64,000 nucleotides of DNA, taken from NCBI GenBank assembly GCA_041690395.1, contig JAWLHJ010000005.1, positions 384,001 to 448,000 of the forward strand, given 5' to 3'. Source of the stretch: Longimicrobiales bacterium. GTDB lineage: Bacteria > Gemmatimonadota > Gemmatimonadetes > Longimicrobiales > Gaopeijiaceae. The notes under the pieces were generated by a model. The model saw only the letters and a program-made list of their open reading frames with translations, ran no database searches and was not told where the DNA came from. Made by a program: the position numbers and the translations under genes. Shown in pieces: positions 39,374-48,975 of this stretch (positions are counted from its first letter, which is position 1; every line of letters begins with the position of its first letter).

Positions 39374-39454
39374 AGGAGCGGGGTGGCATGCGGGTTGGCC
39401 TGATCCTTGCGCCTCCCTCCGGTCGATTACGATCGCCCTCGACCGGAGACCCGC

Positions 39455-39982
39455 ATGACCCCTCGCAAGATGACCTTCCTGCTTCTGATGGTCGCGGCGA
39501 CGTTGTCGCCACGCACCGCTCACGCCCAGGCGACCGACCCCCAGTGGTACGATGGCCATGTGAGCCTCCAGGCCGGGGTCTCGATCTTCGATCGGTCGGG
39601 TGTGGGCACGACCGGCGTGTACGCGCTGCGCGCCGACCTCCCGATCTATCCGAGTCTGCTGATCGAGGGAGGACTGAGCTACGCCCGCCCCGGCGGGGAG
39701 TCCGGCGTCGGCGACGTCTTCATGCCCGGGTTCCAGGTCCAGCTCCAGGGCACGTCCGGGCAGTTCAGCCCCTACGTCGGGCTGGGAGCGGGGCTCACGG
39801 TCGAGGTCCCCGAGGCCGAGGGCGCGACCGACGTGTCGTTCTCGCCCTCGTTCGCGACCGGGGTCCGGGTCGCGGTCTCCGAAGGAGCCGCACTCCGCCT
39901 GGAGGGTCGTCTGAACGCGGTCGGTGCCGATTTCCGGGGTGTGTACTCCGAGATCACGGCGGGGCTGGTCGTGTCCTGGTGA
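39455..39982 (+). CDS. Outer-membrane beta-barrel protein
   Basis: Signal peptide AHA; SPYVGLGAG; alternating strands; terminal W. Confidence 0.8.
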   Translation: MTPRKMTFLLLMVAATLSPRTAHAQATDPQWYDGHVSLQAGVSIFDRSGVGTTGVYALRADLPIYPSLLIEGGLSYARPGGESGVGDVFMPGFQVQLQGTSGQFSPYVGLGAGLTVEVPEAEGATDVSFSPSFATGVRVAVSEGAALRLEGRLNAVGADFRGVYSEITAGLVVSW

Positions 39983-40007
39983 GTCCGGCCTTCCGTTAGC
40001 TTCCTCC

Positions 40008-41111
40008 ATGATACAAGGCACCCTGCGGACCCTCCGCTACGCGCGCAGCTGGAACACCGGCGCCGACGTGAAGGTGGAGGAGACGGTGATCCGGCGGGAC
40101 GGCGAGGAGGTGCCGGCCACGCTCGTGCTGCCGGCGCGAGGACGAGGTCCCTGGCCGGCCTGGATCGCGCTCGGGGGTATCTCTCGCATGGGACGTCACC
40201 ACCCACAGCTCGTGCGGTTCTCCGGCGCGCTCGCGACGAGTGGCGCTGCGGTGGTCGTCCCGGAGATCCCGGAGTGGCGACGCCTCGAGCTGGCGCCGAG
40301 ACCGACCGCGCCGACCATCCGCGGATGCGTCGACATGCTCTCCACACGGCCCGACGTACGGCCCGGAAAGGCGGGGCTGATCGGCTTCTCGTTCGGGGCG
40401 CCGCAGCTCGCCATCGCGGCGGCGCGCGAGGACCTCGAGCCACACATCGCGGGCATCGCGCTCTTCGGAGGCTACTGCAGTCTCGAGCGGACGCTCGGCT
40501 GCATGTTCACGGGCGATCATGAGTGGGAGGGGACGCGGCACGACGTCGAGCCCGACCCGTACGGCCGCTGGGTCGTGGGAGCGAACCACCTCACCGACAT
40601 TCCCGGTTGCGACGACGCTGGGGACGTGGCCGACGCCCTGCTCACGCTCGCCCGTGCCGCCAGCGGAGACCGGGTTGCCGCTTGGGAGCCCCATCACGAC
40701 GCGCTGATCGAGGATCTCCGGAGCGCGCTGCCGGAGCGCAGGCGGGCGATGTTCGACCTGTTCGCGACCGCCTCCGGAAAGGAGCGTCCGGAGCGGGACG
40801 AGCGGCTGGACATGGCCCATCGCCTGGCCGAGGCGTGTAGGCGGGCCGAGCCACTCCTCGAGCCGGCGCCTTACCTCTCTGGCGTGCGCGTCCCGACCCG
40901 GCTCATCCACGGACGTGGGGATCGCCTGATTCCCTTCACGGAGTGCTTCCGACTGTCCGAGAGCCTTCCCGCGGAGGCCCGGAACGGGCGCACGGTCACG
41001 GGGCTGTTCAGCCACACGGCGGACCGGCGCGAGGGCTCCTCGCTCGGACGGACGTGGGAGAAGGTCTCGTTTCTCGGCACGCTGCACGGGCTGATCAACA
41101 CGGTGGGCTGA
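40008..41111 (+). CDS. Alpha/beta hydrolase
   Basis: GFSFG, IHGRGDRLIP, LFSH. Confidence 0.8.
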   Translation: MIQGTLRTLRYARSWNTGADVKVEETVIRRDGEEVPATLVLPARGRGPWPAWIALGGISRMGRHHPQLVRFSGALATSGAAVVVPEIPEWRRLELAPRPTAPTIRGCVDMLSTRPDVRPGKAGLIGFSFGAPQLAIAAAREDLEPHIAGIALFGGYCSLERTLGCMFTGDHEWEGTRHDVEPDPYGRWVVGANHLTDIPGCDDAGDVADALLTLARAASGDRVAAWEPHHDALIEDLRSALPERRRAMFDLFATASGKERPERDERLDMAHRLAEACRRAEPLLEPAPYLSGVRVPTRLIHGRGDRLIPFTECFRLSESLPAEARNGRTVTGLFSHTADRREGSSLGRTWEKVSFLGTLHGLINTVG

Positions 41112-41208
41112 GCCTCGGCTCCGCCGCACCCACGCGCGCTTCGGCCCTCCGTGATGCGGCTCACACCGGCGCGGATGCGCCGCGCGCCCGCGCGAGCGAG
41201 CTTGCATC

Positions 41209-42243
41209 ATGATCACACTCACCGCCGCCGCCCTCGCGGCATCGCTCCTGGCCGCGCAGGACGCGGAGACGTTCCGGGTCGAGACGCTCCATCCGGGCGT
41301 GCACGCGGCCCTCGTGGTTCCGAACCCTCCCGACTACGCGTTCGCGAACTCGTTGGTCATCGCAGGTGACAGCGCCGTGATGATCGTCGACACCCAGCAG
41401 TCGCCCGGCGCGGCGGAGGCTCTCCTCCGGATGCTGCCGTCGCTGACCGACCGACCCGTCCGCTGGATCGTGAACACGCACTGGCACGCCGACCACGTAT
41501 TCGGCAACCAGGCGTGGCGCGACGCCTTCCCGGACGCGCGCATCGTCGGGCATCGTTCGCTCCTGGACGACGTGCCGGAGCGCACGCGCGCGTACAGGGA
41601 CGAGCTGCTCGAAGCGCTGCCCCGGGAGATCGAGGAGCGCGAGGGATGGCTGGCGAATGGGGAGGCGGCCGGACGCCCGCTGACCGACGACGACCGGTCC
41701 GCGGTCGAGCGAGGGCTCGCGCTGAGGCGGCGCTATCTCGCGCAACTCGCGGAACTCCGCGTGCTTCCCCCCGACATGGTCGTCGACGATTCGCTCACGC
41801 TCGACCTGGGGGGGCTCGCGGTGCGCATGGAGCACGTCGGACCGTCCCACACCAGAGGCGACATGATCGTGCATGTCCCGGACGCCGGTGTGACGGCGGT
41901 CGGCGATCTCCTGGAGTGGGGGACGCCGTGGCTCGACGGTGCGTGCGTGCCGGGATGGGTGGACGCCCTCGTGCGCGTGCGACGGCTGGTAATGGGCCGC
42001 GGGGACGGGGCCAGGCTGCTCCCGAGCCATGGGCCGGTGGTCGGGCCGGACTTCCTCGCCCTGTACGAGGAGCTCCTGGCCGCGGTCGCGGACGGAGCCG
42101 ACCTGGAGCCGTTCCGGTCGCGGCTGGATGCCGCTGGTGTGGACGTGTCGGGCTTCGACGGGTTCGTGCGGGCGGCGCGCGCTGCGCGGGAGGGCACGTC
42201 GGGCGGTAGCCTGGGCACCCGGGACGTCTGCGGGGAGCCGTAG
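41209..42243 (+). CDS. MBL-fold metallo-hydrolase (cyclase-like), secreted
   Basis: VNTHWHADHVFGN; SHTRGD; GDL; PSHG. Confidence 0.9.
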   Translation: MITLTAAALAASLLAAQDAETFRVETLHPGVHAALVVPNPPDYAFANSLVIAGDSAVMIVDTQQSPGAAEALLRMLPSLTDRPVRWIVNTHWHADHVFGNQAWRDAFPDARIVGHRSLLDDVPERTRAYRDELLEALPREIEEREGWLANGEAAGRPLTDDDRSAVERGLALRRRYLAQLAELRVLPPDMVVDDSLTLDLGGLAVRMEHVGPSHTRGDMIVHVPDAGVTAVGDLLEWGTPWLDGACVPGWVDALVRVRRLVMGRGDGARLLPSHGPVVGPDFLALYEELLAAVADGADLEPFRSRLDAAGVDVSGFDGFVRAARAAREGTSGGSLGTRDVCGEP

Positions 42244-42277
42244 GGGAGCGGGCGGGGCGATCCCCTGGAACCGTCCC

Positions 42278-43450
42278 TCAGGCAGGTGGCGCAGAGTCGC
42301 CGTTCCGAAACGGAAGGGTGATCTCGGCCCGGGTCGCCGGCCCCGTCGGGTCGATCCCCAACACGACGGACGCTTCGTCACCGTACAACGTCTCCAGCCG
42401 AGCGCGGACGTTCGAGAGGCCGGTGCCCTCGGCCGGAGGAGCGCTCGGCGGCCAGCCGGGCCCATCGTCCTCCACGGCGACGCGGAGGGTCCGGTCGTCG
42501 CACCCTACACGGACCCGGATGCCGACGGGGCCGCGCGCCTTCGCGGCGCCGTGCCGGACGGCGTTCTCGACGAGCGGCTGCAGGATCATCGGTGGGACGC
42601 GGGCGGCCAGGACATCGTCGTGGGGCGCGTCGATCTCGACACCGAGCCGCGGGCCGAAGCGGACGCGCTCCATGTCGAGGTAGAGGGCGACGAGCGAGAG
42701 CTCCTCCTCCAGGGTGATCTCTCGCTGGTCACCGCGTCGGAGCGTCGTGCGGAGGAGCTCGCCGAGCCTCGCGATGACGGTCGTCGCCTCGGAGCTCCGC
42801 CCTTCCTCGACCAATCCTGACACGGCGTTCAGGGCGTTGAACAGGAAGTGCGGGTTGAGCTCCATCTGAAGCGCCCGGAGCTTGGCGCCGACGGCTTCGG
42901 CTTCGAGGCGCATGGCGAGTGCCCGGGCTTCGGACTCGCGCAGGGCTCCTTCTACCCACCGCCGGTGGTAGAGCAGTGCGTAGTACGCGCCCAGCACCAT
43001 CCAGTACACGAAGAAGTCGAGCACCACGTACCCCTGGACCCAGAACTGGACCTGGGCGCCGAGGTCCCTGCCGCCGCCCCGCGCGACGGTGAAGAACACG
43101 AGGACCCCGACGAGGGTCAGGTGCACGACCGAGAGGGCCGCGGCGGTGAGCGCGTGCGCGGCGATGGCTCGAATCCGCCCCGGCCGGTCGATCGGCCAGC
43201 GCTCCGCCAGTGTCACGACGAGAAGCGTGCCGGCGACCCAGAAGAACCACCACGGGAAGTTCACGAGGATGGCCTCGCCGACGGTCCGCTCGATGCCCTG
43301 GAGGCGGGCGGTCGTCACCTCTTTCGCGGTCTCCATGGCCCCCATCACGATCCAGAATGCGAGGAGGAGGAAGCGCACGCGGAGTGAGGCGAGCGCCTCG
43401 GGAGGCGGCACGAGGGGGCGAAGCAGCGGGTGGGTGCGGTCGGAGGCCAT
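42278..43450 (-). CDS. LytS/YehU-type sensor histidine kinase
   Basis: TM region; LNPHFLFNALN; LQPLVENAVRHG; GTGLSNVRARL. Confidence 0.92.
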   Translation of the reverse strand: MASDRTHPLLRPLVPPPEALASLRVRFLLLAFWIVMGAMETAKEVTTARLQGIERTVGEAILVNFPWWFFWVAGTLLVVTLAERWPIDRPGRIRAIAAHALTAAALSVVHLTLVGVLVFFTVARGGGRDLGAQVQFWVQGYVVLDFFVYWMVLGAYYALLYHRRWVEGALRESEARALAMRLEAEAVGAKLRALQMELNPHFLFNALNAVSGLVEEGRSSEATTVIARLGELLRTTLRRGDQREITLEEELSLVALYLDMERVRFGPRLGVEIDAPHDDVLAARVPPMILQPLVENAVRHGAAKARGPVGIRVRVGCDDRTLRVAVEDDGPGWPPSAPPAEGTGLSNVRARLETLYGDEASVVLGIDPTGPATRAEITLPFRNGDSAPPA

Positions 43451-43626
43451 GAAGCGTCTTAACCGGACCGCGATGCGTGGGTCAAGCGTGGTCGGGAACG
43501 AGGGCGCACGTCCCTCCGTGGTGCGTCCGGACCCCGGCCAATTGGGACTCGCACCACCGCCGCCGCGAGACGACCGGCGGCGAGGTAGCGTTCAAGCTCC
43601 TCGCAGCCCCGACCGGAGGGTCGATC

Positions 43627-44388
43627 ATGCGATCGCGGACGAAGACGGTGTTCCCGGCTCGACGACGAGCCTTGCTGCTTGCGGTGCTCGCCCTCCTCGG
43701 GTGCGGGCGCGGCTCGCTCGAGCCCGACCCGGGTTTGGATCCGAGCGCCCGTGACGGCGCCGTGGGGATCCTTTTCGTCGGCAACTCGCTGACCTACACG
43801 CACGACGTGCCGGGCCTGGTGCACCGGCTCGCCGAGAAAGACGGGCGATCCGTCGCCACGGCCTCGATCGCCTTCCCGAACTACAGCCTCGAAGACCACT
43901 GGCGGACCGGTCTCGCGGACCGCATCCGGCAGCTCGAGCCCGACGTCGTGGTCATGCAGCAGGGGCCCTCGTCGCTCGACGAGAGCCGGGAGCACCTCGT
44001 GCTGTGGGCGGGGCGCATCGCCGAAGTGGCGAGGGAGGTGGGCGCCGAGCCGGCCATGTACATGGTGTGGCCGGACGTCTCGCGGCGGTTCGCCTTCGGA
44101 GCGGTCGAGGCATCCTACGCGGCGGCCGCGACCGCCATCGAAGGGCGCCTGCTCCCGGCCGGGACGACATGGCTGGAGGTCTGGTCGAGGGACGAGGCGC
44201 TTCCGCTCTACGGGGGTGACGGATTCCACCCCGGCTATCTGGGCGCGCTCGCGGCGGCGCACACCATCTATGCGGGTCTCTTCGACGTCGACCCCTCGGG
44301 CCTCCCCGGCCTCGACGACGCGGTGGACGAAGGGACGCTCGAGCTCCTCCGGAGCGCGGTGTCGGCTAGCCTCGACCGATGGCGGTGA
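43627..44388 (+). CDS. SGNH/GDSL-type hydrolase lipoprotein
   Basis: LLGC lipobox; ILFVGNSLT; DGFHP. Confidence 0.85.
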   Translation: MRSRTKTVFPARRRALLLAVLALLGCGRGSLEPDPGLDPSARDGAVGILFVGNSLTYTHDVPGLVHRLAEKDGRSVATASIAFPNYSLEDHWRTGLADRIRQLEPDVVVMQQGPSSLDESREHLVLWAGRIAEVAREVGAEPAMYMVWPDVSRRFAFGAVEASYAAAATAIEGRLLPAGTTWLEVWSRDEALPLYGGDGFHPGYLGALAAAHTIYAGLFDVDPSGLPGLDDAVDEGTLELLRSAVSASLDRWR

Positions 44389-44403
44389 CCGAGCCTCGGG
44401 CTG

Positions 44404-45165
44404 CTAAGAGGTCAGCTTGAGGACGTCGTCCCGGTAGGTCCGGCTGATCTTGAGCTGCTTACCGTCGTCCATGATCGCGATGTACGCCCCCGAGAACCAC
44501 GGCTGGATCTCGCGCACGCGGTCGAGGTTCAGCACCGTCCCGCGGTGCACGCGCGCGAAGATCGAGGGGTCGAGGCGCCCGTGTAGCTCCGCGAGGCCGA
44601 CGCGGACCCTGTGGGTGTCGCCGTCCGTGTGGATGACCACGTAGTTCCCGTCCGACTCCAGGTAGCGGATCGCGTCGACCGGCACGAAGCGGGTACGGCT
44701 CCCTTCGGTGACGCGGATACGGCGCGCCCAGCTGGTCCGTGGGCCGAGCTCGTCGAGCAGCGCGTCCAGGTCCGGCGCGGGCATCGGGTTCCGCGAGCGC
44801 AGCCGCTCCCGAACGGCCCCGAGCGCGTCGTCGAACCGGGCGTCGTCGAAGGGCTTCACGAGGTAGTCCGCCGCATGGACCTCGAACGCCTCGAGCGCGT
44901 GCTCGTCGTATGCCGTCACGAAGACGATCGCGGGTCTGAAGCCGGAAGGGAGCGCGGCGACGACGTCGAACCCGTCGCGCCCGGGCATGCGGATGTCCAG
45001 GAAGACGACGTCGGGGGACAGCTCGCGAATACGCGCCACGGCCTCGTCCCCGTCCGCCGCTTCCGCGACGAGCTCCACGTCGGGGTGTCGCTCGAGTGCC
45101 TTACGGATGCGGGTCAGGCCGAGGGGCTCGTCGTCGACCGCGATCGCGCGCATGGTTCTCGTCAT
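44404..45165 (-). CDS. LytTR-family response regulator
   Basis: VDDEP, FLDIRMP, FVTAYDEHA, DYLVKP; FARVHR; ISRTY. Confidence 0.95.
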   Translation of the reverse strand: MTRTMRAIAVDDEPLGLTRIRKALERHPDVELVAEAADGDEAVARIRELSPDVVFLDIRMPGRDGFDVVAALPSGFRPAIVFVTAYDEHALEAFEVHAADYLVKPFDDARFDDALGAVRERLRSRNPMPAPDLDALLDELGPRTSWARRIRVTEGSRTRFVPVDAIRYLESDGNYVVIHTDGDTHRVRVGLAELHGRLDPSIFARVHRGTVLNLDRVREIQPWFSGAYIAIMDDGKQLKISRTYRDDVLKLTS

Positions 45166-45378
45166 CGGTGTACCGCCGCCGAGGGTTCGCGTAGATCACG
45201 AAAGAGAAAGGAAGGCGATCGTGGTCGAAAGAGGAACGGATGTGGCGCGGGCCGCGCTCCGGAGGGACGAGCCGCGATCGGACGGGATGGGCCTCGCCAC
45301 GTCTTGCCGGCCGGAGGGCGCCTCGCCACGCTTCAGGACCGCCGCGACGGCGGATCCATTCCACGGGAGGGAGGGACG

Positions 45379-45840
45379 ATGGGCGGCGAAAGGGGATCGG
45401 GTCGGCGCAGCCGATGGCTGGGTGGGGCGGGGGTGTGCGTTCTGTGGATGGTCGTCCCGGTGACGGTGGCCGCGCAGGCCGATTCCGGCGTGCTGGCGTC
45501 GACCGTGGAGGCGCGGGAGATCGCGTTCGCGCGTACCATGGCCGACCGTGACCTCGAGGCGTTCCGTTCGTTCGTGTCCGAGGAGGCCGTCTTCTTCAAC
45601 GGGAACACGCCGATCCGCGGGCGCGACGCCGTCGTGGAGGCATGGGCCCCGTTCTTCGAGGGTCCGGAGGCGCCGTTCAGCTGGCACCCCGACGTGGTGC
45701 AGGTGCTCGAGTCCGGGACGCTGGCGTTGAGCTCGGGTGTGGTCCACACGCCGGGCGGGGAGCCAGCGGGCCGCTTCAACTCGGTGTGGAGACTCGAGGC
45801 CGACGGGGTCTGGCGCGTGGTGTTCGACAAGGGATCCTGA
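45379..45840 (+). CDS. NTF2-like (DUF4440) secreted protein
   Basis: EIAFARTMADRD..F; FSWHP; FNSVWR..W.VVFDKG. Confidence 0.85.
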   Translation: MGGERGSGRRSRWLGGAGVCVLWMVVPVTVAAQADSGVLASTVEAREIAFARTMADRDLEAFRSFVSEEAVFFNGNTPIRGRDAVVEAWAPFFEGPEAPFSWHPDVVQVLESGTLALSSGVVHTPGGEPAGRFNSVWRLEADGVWRVVFDKGS

Positions 45841-45885
45841 CGACGCGGGACGCGCCCGAAACACGCGTTCGTGCGCGGTGCTTCT

Positions 45886-47097
45886 CTACCGCGTGAAGCC
45901 GGCCCTCGGCAGCCCCGGCATCAGCCTGAGCGCGTTCTCGTAGTAGAGCTTCCGGAGCACTTCGTCCGGTAGGTCCATACCGTACATCTTCCAGAACGCA
46001 TGGTAGTCGCGGTAGTAGTCGAAGTACTCGTCCGTGGTCTCGAACACGCGCCAGAAGTAGGGATACTCGGGCGGCTGGAAGCTGTCCTTGCCGAACAGGA
46101 TCCGGTCCTGGTACTCGATGAAGAACTCGCGCGCGGCGCGAGGCTGCCGGCCGAACTCGTAGAGAACGGCGCCGACCTCGTAGTGCACGTTCGGGAACTC
46201 GTCGAGGAGCTGGCCCGCCCGCTCGAGGTCGTTGCCGTGCCACCCGAAGTGCGCCGCGATGAATGTGGTGTTCGGGTGCTTGCGGAAGACGTTGTCCCGC
46301 TCGGTCATGAGCTGCTCGAAGCCGATCTTGTCGTCCCCGTAGTTCCGGCGGTCGGGGAAGAGCGCGAGCTCCAGCCACCGCTCGTTCTCCATGGTCGGCG
46401 GCTCGAAGAACGCGGGCGGCTCGGCGGTGTGGATCAGTACCGGGATGCCCAGCCGGCCGGCCGCCTCCCACACGGGATCGAGCTCCGGGTCGTCGATGGC
46501 GAGGCGTGAGCCGTCGGACTTGCGGGTGGTCATGCCAAAGCTCTTCGAGATTTCCCCGATGCCGACGGCGCCCATGGCGATATCCTCCTCGAGCCGGCGC
46601 ACGGCCCTCTCGGCCCATCCCGGCGTACCGACCCCGTCGAAGTCGATGCCCGTCATGACGCGGAAGCGGTCCTCATGCCCGCTCGCGCGGATGTTCGCCA
46701 TCGCCTGCCGGAGCCGGTCGCCCGACACGTTGTCCGAGGCGATGTACACCTGGATGTTGAGGTCGTCGAGGTGCCCGATCATGTCCGCGATCGTGCCCTC
46801 CCCCGTCAGCCCGCGTGCGTGCCCGTGGACGTCCACGACCGGGAACTTCGCCCGCGGGGTGGGCGTCTCCTCGTTCACGAGCATCGACTTCGGGTCGTAG
46901 TCCGTGATGGCCGGCGGCGGGAACTCCGGAGCCATGCAGGTCTGCGGCCGGATCTCGGTCATGCCGCTCGGGCACCGCTCGCCCGGCTCGATCTGAACCG
47001 TCTCCCGGAACTGCGCGGACGACGGGGTGCACGCGACCGCGAAAGCGAGCGTGAGGCCAAGGATTCCTAGGGGGATCGGCAGACGGAATTCACCCAT
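45886..47097 (-). CDS. Amidohydrolase (Amidohydro_2) lipoprotein
   Basis: VDVHGH; PVLIHT; AAHFG; RILFGKD. Confidence 0.9.
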   Translation of the reverse strand: MGEFRLPIPLGILGLTLAFAVACTPSSAQFRETVQIEPGERCPSGMTEIRPQTCMAPEFPPPAITDYDPKSMLVNEETPTPRAKFPVVDVHGHARGLTGEGTIADMIGHLDDLNIQVYIASDNVSGDRLRQAMANIRASGHEDRFRVMTGIDFDGVGTPGWAERAVRRLEEDIAMGAVGIGEISKSFGMTTRKSDGSRLAIDDPELDPVWEAAGRLGIPVLIHTAEPPAFFEPPTMENERWLELALFPDRRNYGDDKIGFEQLMTERDNVFRKHPNTTFIAAHFGWHGNDLERAGQLLDEFPNVHYEVGAVLYEFGRQPRAAREFFIEYQDRILFGKDSFQPPEYPYFWRVFETTDEYFDYYRDYHAFWKMYGMDLPDEVLRKLYYENALRLMPGLPRAGFTR

Positions 47098-47328
47098 GTG
47101 AGCGTCTCTCGGGTTCGTGGCACGACGGTTTCGGCTTGATCGGACCGCCTCCTACCCCCGCACCGGCGGTCGCGATCCCGTTCCGGTGAGCCTTGGGGGA
47201 CGCGTTTCCGGTGGATATCTTGAGGAGCGTGCGCGCACCCGGCGCGCACCGTCCCCGGACGTGAGGAAGATCATGCGGAGCCACCGGACTGGAATCAGCA
47301 GCCTGTCCATCCAGCTCGGGAGCATCGC

Positions 47329-48975
47329 ATGCCACATCCTACTTCCCCGTTCGTATCGGCCGACCGCCTCGGCCTGACCCTTTCCGACGGCCGTCGGCTC
47401 TTCGACGGTCTGACTCTCGCGTTCGCGGACGAGCGCACCGGCCTCGTCGGCGCTAACGGCGTCGGTAAGTCGCTCCTGCTCGACCTCCTGGTGGGCGCGC
47501 GCCCTCCGACGGCCGGGAGCGTGACCCGGAGCGGCCGCGTGGCGTACGTTCGCCAGGGTGGGGGTGGCGGGCGCGGGGTCGAGCTCGGGCTCGCGGATGC
47601 GGGTACGGTGGCCGATCGACTCGGTGTCCGAGAGCGACTCGATGCCCTCGAGCGCGTGCTGGCGGGCGGTACCGACCCGGCCGACTACGAACGGATCGGC
47701 GTCGACGGTTGGGACCTTCCCGAGCGGACCCGGGCGCAGCTCGCGCGCCTCGGGCTCGGCCGCCTCGGGCTCGATCGACCGGTCGGGACTCTCAGTGGTG
47801 GGGAGCGCACCAGGGTCGCGCTGGCCGGCGCGCTCCTCGCGACGCCGGACCTCCTGGTGCTCGACGAGCCCACCAACGACCTCGACGCGCAGAGCCGCGC
47901 CGCCCTCCTGGAGGCGATCGAGACGCACCGGGGCGGCCTCCTGGTCGTCTCCCACGACCGCGACGTCCTCCGGCGCGTGGACCGGATGCTCGAGCTGTCG
48001 CCGGCCGGCATCCGCGAGTACGGCGGGAATTACGACGAGTACCGGCGCATCCGCGATGCCGAAGCCAGAGCCGCCGAGCTCGAGCTCGGTGCCGCCGAGG
48101 CGGCCAGGCGGCGCGCCACCGAGGAAGCGCGGACGGTGCGTGAGCGGCAGGCTCGGAGGGCGGCCCGCGGAAAGCGGGCGCGCGCGGACGGGGGCGTCCC
48201 GAAGGTTCTGCTGAACAGCATGCGGAACCGGAGCCAGAACAGCACGGGCCGCATCGGGAAGGTGATGGACGAGTCCGAGCAGGATGCCGCCGAGCGGGTA
48301 GCCGCGGCGCGGGCACGCATGGAGGAGGTCACGCCGCTGCGCATGGACGTGACCCCGAGCGGCCTGCCGAGCGGGAAGGACGTCGTGGTGCTGGAGGACG
48401 TGGCGTATACGCCCCCCGGCGGAAGAGATCGCTTGCTGGGCGGTGTCGATCTCGTGATCCGAGGGGCGGAGCGGGTCGCGCTCACGGGGCCGAACGGGAG
48501 TGGAAAGACGACCCTGCTCCGGATCGTCATGGGCGAACTCGAGTCGGACGCCGGGGTGGTCCGGATCGGTGTCCCGCGCGCGTCGGTCGCCTGGCTCGAC
48601 CAGTCGGTGCGGACGCTCGAGCCGGGGCGGACGGTGCTGGAGTGCTTCCGAGCCGCGCATCCCGAATGGGACGAGGGACACGCCCGTCACGTGCTCGCGC
48701 GCTATCTATTTCCCGGTGAGGCGGCGCTCGTTCCGGTCGATCGGCTGAGCGGCGGCGAGCGGATGCGCGCCGGCCTCGCCAGCGTCCTCGGCGGTCCGAG
48801 CACCCCCTGGCTCCTCGTGCTCGACGAGCCCACGAACCACCTGGACATCCGCAGCCTGGAAACGGTCGAGCGTGCGGTGTCCGAGTACGACGGGGCACTC
48901 CTGGTGGTGTCCCACGACGCGGACTTCCTCGAAGCCGTGGGGGTGGAGCGGCGGGTCAGCCTCCGATTTGCCTGA
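47329..48975 (+). CDS. ABC-F family ATPase
   Basis: Two NBDs (GANGVGKS/LSGGE/LDEPTNDLD and GPNGSGKT/LSGGE/LDEPTNHLD), helical linker, no TMs. Confidence 0.93.
   Translation: MPHPTSPFVSADRLGLTLSDGRRLFDGLTLAFADERTGLVGANGVGKSLLLDLLVGARPPTAGSVTRSGRVAYVRQGGGGGRGVELGLADAGTVADRLGVRERLDALERVLAGGTDPADYERIGVDGWDLPERTRAQLARLGLGRLGLDRPVGTLSGGERTRVALAGALLATPDLLVLDEPTNDLDAQSRAALLEAIETHRGGLLVVSHDRDVLRRVDRMLELSPAGIREYGGNYDEYRRIRDAEARAAELELGAAEAARRRATEEARTVRERQARRAARGKRARADGGVPKVLLNSMRNRSQNSTGRIGKVMDESEQDAAERVAAARARMEEVTPLRMDVTPSGLPSGKDVVVLEDVAYTPPGGRDRLLGGVDLVIRGAERVALTGPNGSGKTTLLRIVMGELESDAGVVRIGVPRASVAWLDQSVRTLEPGRTVLECFRAAHPEWDEGHARHVLARYLFPGEAALVPVDRLSGGERMRAGLASVLGGPSTPWLLVLDEPTNHLDIRSLETVERAVSEYDGALLVVSHDADFLEAVGVERRVSLRFA

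Noticed and set aside
41209..42243. MBL protein as a beta-lactam resistance gene
   Set aside because: The HWHADH..GN pattern fits generic cyclase-like MBL hydrolases; there is no evidence for a true class B beta-lactamase.
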